From assembly GCA_002269645.1 (NCBI GenBank), contig NIVC01003910.1:1-64000 (forward strand): a stretch of DNA of 64,000 nt, written 5' to 3'. Of this stretch, positions 47,060-57,427 are shown piece after piece. The stretch is from Macrostomum lignano. Taxonomy: Eukaryota. Every line of letters starts with the position of its first letter. The stretch's first letter is position 1. The notes under the pieces are model-generated. The model saw nothing but the letters and a program-made list of their open reading frames with translations, was not told the origin of the DNA and did no database searches. A program made the position numbers and the translations under genes.

Positions 47060-47231
47060 GGCAGACAGACAGGCACAAAGATAGATTGGCGCCTAGACAG
47101 ACGCTAAGGCAGGCTGACAGACATGTAGACACAAACTATATCTACGAACTACGGGAGACATACGTTAAGACAGACAGACATTAATGGATACAGACAAGAC
47201 AGGCACACTGCCACAGAGCCCCTAACACACA

Positions 47232-47390
47232 CAGCTGGGCTGCACACTCAGAAACAGGCGGGCTGCACACAGGGACAGGCGGGCTGCACACACAGGGACA
47301 GGAGGGCTGCACACAGGGACAGGAGGGCTGCACACACAGGGACAGGCGGGCTGCACACAGGGACAGGCGGGCTGCACACACAGGACAGAT
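47232..47390 (+). repeat. ~20-22-bp repeat GGGCTGCACACAGGGACAGG
   Basis: Directly visible. Confidence 0.8.
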
Positions 47391-49754
47391 GCGGAAACGA
47401 AGCCGCATGAGAAACTGCAGTTGCTGGCTGGATTCGGGGCCACAGCAGGGCCCTGGAAGCAGCAAAGCTCGCTGACCAGGAAACGCCTGCAGCTCCTTTC
47501 TATCGTGCGGACAGAGCAATAAACTGAGGGGGGTCGCAAGTCAAGTCTTCGGGGCCCCGGGACCCGGGGGCGCCGCACGCTGCTGAGGGCGGTCACAATA
47601 AATGAAAATTATTAATGGTCCAAAAATGGCCTGCAGAACGCAGTGCGCCATGCAGCTGATGGGGAAGCTCTTGAAGGGGAGAAATTTCCCAAAAATGGAA
47701 AACATCTGCCGGAGGGGCGCAACGTGCCCGTCTGGGCCGGTCGGGGCAGCGCAGATTCCAAGAACAACCGGGCATGCTGCGCCCCATCAGTTTGTACTTG
47801 TAAACAAGAGGAGTCAGGCTATTGCGAACTCAGGCCGTGAGCTGCCCATTGCAAGCAGCAGCAACCGCCAACAAAAGCTCATATCATCAAATTATAGTTC
47901 AAACTGTGAGCTGGCGGAATTGACAAGCAAGCAACTTGTCAAATTGTGAAATTTCGAGCTTGTGAAAGACTCTGTCGCTTACGAAACGCCTCTCTTGCTT
48001 GCTGGATAGGAGGAAAGAAGGAGGAAAGCAGAGGACACGCCACAACTCCTACTAGGCCTAGCACGAAGCAGGGCAGACAGAGCTGGCCCGCGGCCCCTCC
48101 GGGTGAGGCTGCAGTCTGGGGGGGGGAGAATGTGGGGACTCGAGCAAGAGGGGAGAGGGGCTTCCTTCTCCCCCGGGCCTATGGCGGCGGCCCGGGCGGG
48201 CTCTGGGGGGTTCGGCAGGGCGGGGGTGGCGGTGCCACGGAAGGCTATAAAATGCGCTGCCCCGGGCAGAGACAGGCCTCTCCAGACCTCCTCTGCACAG
48301 CCCGGCTCGCTCCAACAGCTCCCCGTCCCGTGTGGGAGCAGCGGCCAGCCGGAGTTCCTCATCCGCCATTGCCCTCAGCTGAGGAATCGATCGCGCAAGC
48401 CGATTGCGGCTCTCTGCCGATGACCAGGTGAGTTCAGCACAAGCAAATTGGTAACCCGAGAGCCCAGGCCGTACGGCCGCGCACTCCCCATCCGTAGGCG
48501 CAACTTTGGTATCCACTGCAGGTCTTATTCCGCCATGCGCAGCGGCTTGCTGGCCAGGGGTGGCCTGCCGAAATCCCCTTTGCAACTCCGGCCCAGCTTC
48601 CCAGCCAGAGCCGCCAGCTTCTCCACCCCGACGGTGCCCTGCGGTGGCGGCCGGCTCCACTCCGAGTGAGGGGAAGCCGGGCAGCCGCCGAGCTGAGGGG
48701 CGCCGCGGTAGTGGCAGAACAGGCGAGCTTGGTGGAGGCTGGAAGCTGGCTTGCAGAGAGCGGAGATGACGGAGTCCACCCCAGCCCAGGCTGCAGCCAA
48801 ATAAGGCACGCGGTGAATGCCAGTGATGTGTCGTTGAGCAGCAACTGCCCCAACCGATTCCCCGTCCACTTGAAATCGTTCCTGAACAGTTCGAGCCCCG
48901 CTTGCATTTAATTTCCCTGTCTACAGAATATAAATAAAATGCTGATATTTCTACTTTCAGTAGTCTGAAATCGCATAGTAAGCGATTCCTACTAATAAAC
49001 TGCATATTAGTAGGAACCATGAGCGTCAAATCTTTTGTCAAAACGCAATGTACCGCATTAGCGGGAAAACTGCCATTTCTCCCGTCTCATTTATTTCACA
49101 ACCTGCCGTTGTGCTGAAATGAACTGAAAAAAGAAACTAGTGTATATAATTAGTATTGCCAAAAAGCAAGCCAAAGCTGGTGAGACAACAGCTGATAATG
49201 AGGCCTCATTAGCGGGCAGTGGATTGTATTTTATTCATAAAACATCTGCGAACGCCAGGAGCAGCTGTGCAAACTCTGCGGGCGGTCTACATGTAGTTGC
49301 TGTTTGAGAAAGATTTAATCCGGCAGCTGAGCAGGCAGGATGCGGGAATCACAGTCAGGTGGGACAGACAGGTGAGGGCTGCACAGGATTAGCAGTGCAA
49401 TTAATTGGACAGGTTGCAGATTAGCTGGACACAGCGAATGTTCAATTCGCTTACTGACAGATATGAGTAGTGCGCGCGGATATTGCGCTAAAAATTAAAC
49501 TGATATTGGTTTGAAAGTAAAAAAATAAAACTTCATTCGTAAAACACTTGACTTCAGCTGAGGATAAGTCTTCTGGACAGCTTCAAGGAAATCCAACAGG
49601 CAACAGAGAGAGATAAGCAAAATGGACAATCCTTATTAAATGTAAAAAATAACAAAAAACAGCAAATGCTACTGACAGTAGCAATTTAAACGATTGAAAT
49701 GACTTCGAATTCACATGGGTAACGAATCATCGCAGCACATTGACACTTTTATTT

Positions 49755-50340
49755 ATGCAGGGTCAGTCAGTGGGGGAATGCAGGGTCAAGTCAGTGGGGG
49801 ATGCAGGGTCAGTTAGTGGGAGATGCAGGGTCAGTCAGTGGGAGATGCAGGGTCAGTCAGTGGGGGATGCAGGGTCAGTTAGTGGGAGATGCAGGATCAG
49901 TTAGTGGGAGATGCAGGGTCAGTCAGTGGGGGATGCAGGGTCAGTTAGTGGGAGATGCAGGGTCAGTCAGTGGGGGATGCAGGGTCAGTTAGTGGGAGAT
50001 GCAGGATCAGTTAGTGGGAGATGCAGGGTCAGTCAGTGGGGGATGCAGGGTCAGTTAGTGGGAGATGCAGGATCAGTTAGTGGGAGATGCAGGGTCAGTC
50101 AGTGGGGGATGCAGGGTCAGTTAGTGGGAGATGCAGGGTCAGTCAGTGGGGGATGCAGGGTCAGTTAGTGGGAGATGCAGGGTCAGTCAGTGGGAGATGC
50201 AGGGTCAGTCAGTGGGGGATGCAGGGTCAGTCAGTGGGAGATGCAGGGTCAGTTAGTGGGAGATGCAGGGTCAGTCAGTGGGGGATGCAGGGTCAGTCAG
50301 TGGGAGATGCAGGATCAGTCAGTGGGAGATGCAGGGTCAA
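49755..50340 (+). repeat. 22-bp minisatellite GATGCAGGGTCAGTYAGTGGGR just downstream of the aftiphilin stop
   Basis: Directly visible. Confidence 0.95.
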
Positions 50341-50402
50341 TAAAACCACAGTGGCAGGGGGCTACACACAGAACACGCAGTCCCAGCAGCCCCAGCAGAG
50401 AT

Positions 50403-50842
50403 TCAGTGGCGCGGTCCGGGCGCAGGTGAGAGCGGGCGCAGCGCCTTGGGCAGGCGGGCCAGGAGGCCGCGCGCCCGCAGCGTCACCGGGGGGGTGGCGG
50501 GCCGGCGGTCGCCAGCGCCGCCGAGGTCGGCCGAGCCGTCGAAAGGCTGGGAGGCTGCGGCCGCTGCTGCTGATGGGGCTGCGGGAGATTAACGATGTGG
50601 TGGAGTCTGGAGACTGGCCTAGACCAGTTCGATCAAAGCCCGCCTCCTGTAAGCTCTGTAAGTGGAGTAAAATTTGAGGGCAAATGGGCAATTTGGGATG
50701 GAAATGTGAGACTAGAGAGCTGATTGAATAGGCCGAGTTGGGCTGGCCAAGGACAAATATGACTGATCAGCAGACACCAGACAGACAGACAGACAGACAG
50801 AGAGACAGACAGACACATAGAAAGACAGAAAGACAGTCAGTC

Positions 50843-50891
<49 letters not shown>

Positions 50892-50978
50892 CATAGAAAG
50901 ACAGAAAGACAGTCAGTCAGACAGACAGACAGACAGACAGACACACAGACAGACAGACACACAGACAGACACACACAC

Positions 50979-51015
<37 letters not shown>

Positions 51016-54000
51016 GTCAGACAGACACACAGACAGACACACACACAGACAGACAGACAGACAGACAGACACGCAGCCACAACCCATGCGGAGGTCAAAC
51101 GGGCCGCCAACCGGATTGATTTGGCATGCGGAAAGGCGGCACCGGAGGAAGGCAGTTTTATAACACGGATTGGCGGCTATCAACAGGTGAGATAAATACT
51201 TAGCCAGCACAGATAAGTACAGGTGAATTCGAGTCCTCAGCACCAGCAGCATGAGCTAATACACCTGTCACTAATTAATGCATTAACAATACCTATGCCA
51301 GCGGCAGCCACTGGCGCACCGCTGCGATTGCAGCTGCCGTGGCTGCCAAAGCTGGTCAAATCGAGAAATGCGGGCTGGCCGCCGCCGCCGCTGGCTGAAA
51401 GCGAAGTTGAAGCAAGAGGGGCAGGAGGCAGTGAGGCACTACTGCTGACAGGATGAAGCGCAGAGGAATCTGGGCGGCCTCTATTAAACAATATTAAAAA
51501 TGAAATCAACAAGCACTGAGACTGACAGCTGCTGAGATGCGACAGACCAACACCGGATTAAAAATTTTAATGAGATAAAAAACTTTAAAACCGCTGGAAA
51601 CTGGCAGCTGCGTTCCATGAAACCGTTAGTTAACAATAGGAGCAGATGAAGGGTGAAAGAGGAAGGAGGCTGAACAATGGGAGCAGACGAAGGATGAAGG
51701 AGGAAGGAGGCTGAACAATGGGAGCAGACGAATAATGAAGGAGGCTGAACAATGGAATCAGATGAATGATGAAGGAGGCTGAACAATGGGAGCAGATGAA
51801 TAATGAAGGAGGCTGAACAATGGAATCAGATAAATGATGAAGGAGGCTGAACAATGGGAGCAGATGAATAATGAAGGAGGCTGAACAATGGGAGCAGATG
51901 AATAATGAAGGAGGCTGAACAATGGAATCAGATGAATGATGAAGGAGGCTGAACAATGGGAGCAGATGAATAATGAAGGAGGCTGAACAATGGAATCAGA
52001 TAAATGATGAAGGAGGCTGAACAATGGGAGCAGATGAATAATGAAGGAGGCTGAACAATGGGAGCAGATGAATAATGAAGGAGGCTGAACAATGGGAGCA
52101 GACGAATAATGAAGGAAAAAGGAGGCTGAACAATGGGAGCAGACGAATGATGAAGGAGGCTGAACAATGGGATCAGACGAATGATGATGGAGGCTGAACA
52201 ATGGGAGCAGACGAATGATGATGGAGGCTGAACAATGGGATCAGACGAATGATGAAGGAGGCTGAACAATGGGAGCAGACGAATGATGATGGAGGCTGAA
52301 CAATGGGATCAGACGAATGATGAAGGAGGCTGAACAATGGGAGCAGACGAATGATGATGGAGGCTGAACAATGGGATCAGACGAATGATGAAGGAGGCTG
52401 AACAATGGGATCAGACGAATGATGAAGGAGGCTGAACAATGGGAGCAGACGAATGATGAAGGAGGCTGAACAATGGGAGCAGATGAATAATGATGGAGGC
52501 TGAACAATGGGAGCAGATGAATAATGATGGAGGCTGAACAATGGGAGCAGATGAATAATGATGGAGGCTGAACAATGGGAGCAGATGAATAATGATGGAG
52601 GCTGAACAATGGGAGCAGATAAATGATGAAGGAGGCTGAACAATGGGAGCAGATGAATTATGAAGGAGGCTGAACAATGCGATCAGACGAATGATGAAGG
52701 AGGCTGAACAATGGAATCAGATGAAGGATGAAGGATTATGGGTAAAGGAGGCTGAACAATGGGAGCAGACGAAGGATGAAGGAGGAAGGAGGCTGAACAA
52801 TGGAATCAGATGAATGATGAAGGAGGCTGAACAATGGGAGCAGACGAAGGATGAAGGAGGAAGGAGGCTGAACAATGGAATCAGATGAATGATGAAGGAG
52901 GCTGAACAATGGGATCAGACGAATGATGAAGAAGGCTGAACAATGGGAGCAGACGAAGGATGAAGGAGGAAGGAGGCTGAACAATGGAAGCAGATGAATG
53001 ATGAAGGACGAAGGAGGCTGAACAATGGAATCAGATGAATGATGAAGGAGGCTGAACAATGGAATCAGATGAATGATGAAGGACGAAGGAGGCTAAACAA
53101 TGGGAGCAGATGAATAATGAAGGAGGCTGAACAATGGGAGCAGATGAATAATGAAGGAGGCTGAACAATGGGAGCAGATGAATAATGAAGGAGGCTGAAC
53201 AATGGGAGCAGATGAATAATGAAGGAGTATGGGTAAAGGAGGCTGAACAATGGGATCAGACGAATGATGAAGGAGGCTGAACAATGGAATCAGATAAAGG
53301 ATGAATGATTAAGGATGATAGAGGTTGATTAAGTCCACCACCGCAGATCCACCAGATCCCGCCACAACCCCACCACAGCCCTCACAGCCAAAGGGGTCGG
53401 TGAGGCCGCTGGAGCCCCAATCAAACTGCAGAGCCGCTCCAGGCGCCGAGCTGTCAACTGGCGAAGCTTCCTCATCCTGTGCGGGGTCACCGGTGAACTG
53501 ATAGCTGAATGATTGCCAGCTGGCTTGAGCATTCGACACACTTTAAAAAGTAATCTACGCAACATATCGGTAGCGGATGTGGGTAGAGTTTGAATTTACT
53601 GCTCTCACCTGCAGGGCCGCTGCGGCGCCGCCGAATCTGCCGCAGTCGTCGAACTGCTGCGAGGCTCCTTGGGCGGAGCAGAGCGCGGACTGGGCCGCCA
53701 CAGGCCTGCGGCTGACCAGCTGCGGGCGGGCGGAAGCAGCAAGGGGCAATGCTGAAACCCTGTTGACTGCTGACATCCTACAGACTCCCCTGCTGACACC
53801 CTACGGATCCACTGCTGACACCCTACTGATTCCCCTGCTGACACCCTACTGATCCCCTGCTGACACCTTACTGACTCACCTGCTGACACCTACTGATCCC
53901 CTGCTGACACCTTACTGACTCACCTGCTGACACCTACTGATCCCCTGCTGACACCCTACTGATTCCCCTGCTGACACCCTACTGATCCCCTGCTGACACC

Positions 54001-56401
54001 CTACTGACTCCCCTGCTGACACCCTACTGATCCCCTGCTGACACCCTGCTGATTCCCTTGCTGACACCCTACTGATTCCCTGCTGACACCCTACGGATCC
54101 ACTGCTGACAACCTACTGATCCCCTGCTGACACCATGATTCTCCCGCATACTTACAGCCATAAATTCCCCTATATATAAGCTCGTAGTCAGCCCCCACTG
54201 CGATAGATTTCATGTTACTTCATCTCAGCCCAGCCTCACTGACCACATTGTTCGGATCGATCCGCATGGTGCTGAGCAGGTCCTGGTAGAAGCGGGACTG
54301 GCTCCACTGGTACTTCACGGCGGGCGAGTTGTCCAGGTCCAGCAGGTTGCTCCACACGTTGGCGGTGGCCGGCTGGCTGCGGAGGCGGCGGCGAAAGTAG
54401 CGGGGGTGACTGACTGACTGACTGACTGGCTGACTGACTGGCTGACTGACTGACTGACTGACTGACTGACTGACTGACTGACTGACTGACTGACTGACTG
54501 ACTGACTGACTGACTGACTGACTGACTGACTGACTGACTGACTGACTGACTGACTGACTGGCTGACTGACTGGCTGACTGACTGACTGACTGACTGACTG
54601 ACTGACTGGCTGACGACTGACTGACTGACTGACTGACTGACTCGAGTGACTGACTGACTGACTGACTGACTGACTCGAGTGACTGACTGACTGACTGACT
54701 GATTTGAGTTGGTGACTGACTGACTGACTGACTGACTGACTGACTGACTGACTGACTGGCTGACTGACTGACTGACTGACTGACTGACTGACTGACTGAC
54801 TGACTGACTGACTGACTGACTGACTGACTGGCTGACTGACTGACTGACTGACTGACTGACTGACTGACTGAGCGATGCAGGGCAAACAGCACCAAAAACA
54901 AGACAAAAAAGAGATAAAAATGTTGCGATCCCATTTCCCAAAAAGAAGACTATTAGCAAAAAAATGGAAGCAGATTGAAGGAAAACCCAGCGCAGTCACT
55001 GGAATTCGCTAACCAGTGGGTGCAGCGGCACACCTGCTGCTGCTGCCTGCAATTCGCAAAGCAAGAAAAAACTCAGTGCTCAGCATCCTGACACGGCATC
55101 ATGGGGATTAAATTGAGACACAGCAAAACTCACCTGTGAGCAGCTCGGGTCACGATGTCGCTCACAGCTTCCATCTGGGCGGGGCTCTCAGCCAGCAGCA
55201 GGCTGCTCAGCACGGATTCGTCTATGGCCGCGGCCTCCTCAGCCGGGCAGTGCGGCACAGCGGCATCTGCGTCTCCAAGTGCATCATTGAGCAGCTTCTC
55301 AAGCGCTGCGTGCAAGTCTGAGCACATCCGGGTGAGGTGTCGCTGCTGCTGCTGCTGCTCCGGGCCCTCCACCGTGGCCGATTGAAACTCTTCAAAGTCG
55401 TCGAAGTCATCGTCGTCAAGGCCGGCGTCTGAGGAGTTCGGGAATCTTCGTGATGGTGATGATGATGATAGTGATAGAGCACGTTTATGATGATGATGAT
55501 ATTGATGATGGGAGGGTGATGATAATGATTATGATGGTGATGATGGTGATGATTATGATGGTGATGATGATTATGATGGTGATGATTATGATGATTATGA
55601 TAGTGATGAAGCAGGATTATGATGATGGGAGGGTGATGATAATGATGATTAAAATGGTGATGATCCTGATGATGGTGATGATGATGCTAATAATGATGGA
55701 GTCTAGGGCATTCACAGTTTCCGATCTTTCTCTCAGTCTAAGAAAATTGTTTTACCTGCAGTACCGGTAGTTTCTATGGCAACGGCTTCACCAAAATCTG
55801 CCCATTGGTCGTCGTCGTCGGCAGCGACCTGATTGCCTGGCTGGCCGAAGCCGCTAGGAGGGCCGGAGAAGTCGGCAAAGTCCACCGGCCAGTCAGCGGC
55901 TGCGCTGGTGGCCAAACAATTTCCACTTTCGCTGTCATTGGTTGCTAAGGGACTATCAGCTTTTCTGACACCGGTTGCTAAGCAACTGTCACTGCTGTCA
56001 TTAGCTAAACTGGTTGCTAAGCAGCTGCCACTGCTACTGTCGTCGGCTGGACTGGTTCCTAAGCAACTGCCATTGTTGTTGTCATTAGCTGCACTGGTTA
56101 CTAAGCAACTGCCATTGTTGTTGTCATTAGCTGCACTGGTTACTAAGCAACTGCCATTGTTGTTGTCATTAGCTGCACTGGTTGCCAAGCAACTGTCCAT
56201 GTTGTTGTCACTGCCAGCATTGGTTGCTAAGCATTCGTCAGTTTTACTGACACGGGCTTCCTTGTCCTCACCCTTGGCTGCATCAACCGCGTGCCATTCG
56301 TTGTAATTTTCTGTGCCAGCACCAACATCTGTTGCTAAGTGACCATTGCTGTTGCCAGTGGCAATGCTGTCCTCCAATGCCATTGAAGAATTGTCGCCCA
56401 T
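50403..56401 (-). CDS. AFTPH: Aftiphilin-like AP-1/clathrin accessory protein, ~562 aa, 7 exons
   Basis: Phase-consistent exons 56401-55756, 55428-55134, 54376-54244, 53751-53609, 53504-53386, 51469-51293 (least sure), 50578-50403 (TGA). Acidic gamma-ear motifs DFADF, DDDDQWADF, DDDDFDDFEEF. Conserved blocks VWSNLLDLDNSPAVKYQWSQSRFYQDLLSTMRIDPNNV, AAGL..PKEP and QFDWGSSGLTDPF resemble the aftiphilin C-terminal region as recalled. Confidence 0.8.
50765..51072 (+). repeat. (AGAC)n microsatellite in an aftiphilin intron
   Basis: Directly visible. Confidence 0.95.
51640..53300 (+). repeat. 34-bp minisatellite GAAGGAGGCTGAACAATGGGAGCAGATGAATAAT in an aftiphilin intron
   Basis: Longest single array in the window. 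Confidence 0.95.
53765..54130 (+). repeat. ~23-bp minisatellite CTGCTGACACCCTACTGATCCCC in an aftiphilin intron
   Basis: Directly visible. Confidence 0.9.
54407..54870 (+). repeat. (TGAC)n microsatellite in an aftiphilin intron
   Basis: Directly visible. Confidence 0.97.
55450..55700 (+). repeat. (ATG)n-like degenerate microsatellite in an aftiphilin intron
   Basis: Directly visible. Confidence 0.9.
55770..56343. promoter_or_regulatory. Cluster of about 10 RFX X-box-like palindromes inside aftiphilin coding exon 1
   Basis: GTTTCTATGGCAAC (55770), GTTGCTAAGCAAC (55974), GTTCCTAAGCAAC (56055), GTTACTAAGCAAC (56097, 56139), GTTGCCAAGCAAC (56181), plus degenerate copies. Function not shown. 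Confidence 0.45.
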
Positions 56402-56718
56402 GCAGCCATGCAGTTAAACAAAAAAGTTGAAAAGTTGAAACTAAAAAAGACTGATTTGAGGTTTGACAAATCTGGTTAAGATTAGCAGATTTTTTTAATA
56501 ACAAGCTTACAAAATACCTAGAACTTTGAAGGTTCAAAGGCAAATTGTGGCATGAATAAAAAGAAATAATAATTTAAATAAATAGGCATTCCCAAGGACT
56601 AAGAAGATAGGTGAGTGGTAGTCATATTGCTAAAAATTGCAACATTGCACAATGGAACAGCTAAGCACATCTTTTTCAATGTGAAAAATATGCTTGATAT
56701 TAGCTTTTAATAGTGCCT

Positions 56719-57016
56719 TCTAGGGGTTGTAGCCTAGTGGTTAGGGTGTCGGACTCACGACTTGAAGGTCGGGGGTTCGATTCCCGATCCCTCTGCAACA
56801 ATTTGTGTCCTTGAGCAAGACACTTAACTCTGCGTTGCTTCAGTTTACCCAGCTGTAAAATGGGTACCAGCATTAGCTGGGGTAATTGAGGGTGTGTGTG
56901 GCGACCCCCCAGTCCTTGGACTGAACAGCCGTACGCAGCCTTCAGATGCGCCGCGCAATAGCTGCGGCTGAGCTGTCGGTTGCACATCTGCCCATTGGGC
57001 AGGTGTAATCAACAAA
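56719..57016 (+). mobile_element. tRNA-derived SINE, copy 2, with CORE-like domain and 10-bp TSD
   Basis: A-box TAGCCTAGTGG, B-box GGTTCGATTCC; GTGTCCTTGAGCAAGACACTTAAC..CAGTTTACCCAGCTGTAAAATGGG; TSD AATAGTGCCT at 56709-56718 and 57017-57026; homologous to 25053-25345. Confidence 0.9.
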
Positions 57017-57241
57017 AATAGTGCCTACAATTTTGCCTACTTTTTGTTTGCTAAGAGTCTAAGACTGATAGAACAATGATAAAAAAGAAACAATTGTCAA
57101 AAAATAATATAACTTTCAGCAATTTATTATGACTGATTATTTTCATTAATCAATTCATATTTTTTCTGCTTAGTATATAAATCATAGATTGAACAATGAT
57201 AGGAATTTTTCTGACTAGATACTACACACATAAGATAGAAA

Positions 57242-57427
57242 CAGTGGCATAGCCAAGAATTTTTTTAATTCAAGGGAGACCTATTTAGCACCTATAAGAG
57301 AGGGTATAAGAGGGGAGATTTTTTCTCTAAAATTGAGGGGGGGGTTACTTCTTTGCAGAATTTCAGGGGGGATAATATTGGAAGGCAGGCCTTTTAGCCC
57401 CCTTAGGGCCTCTTGGCTATGCCAAAA
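57242..57427. mobile_element. Decayed hAT-type MITE (186 bp)
   Basis: Perfect 14-bp inverted repeat TGGCATAGCCAAGA (57245-57258) / TCTTGGCTATGCCA (57411-57424); 8-bp direct repeat GATAGAAA at 57234-57241 and 57428-57435. Confidence 0.7.

Noticed and set aside
54987-55046. Possible 60-nt cassette exon of aftiphilin (minus strand, QQQQVCRCTHWLANSSDCA)
   Set aside because: Phase-compatible, but the donor is weak (GTTTTC) and there is no recognisable homology; left out of the model pending RNA evidence.
55450-55770. Met-rich ORF MVMMMIVIEH...
   Set aside because: Translation of an (ATG)n-like intronic microsatellite on the strand opposite aftiphilin.
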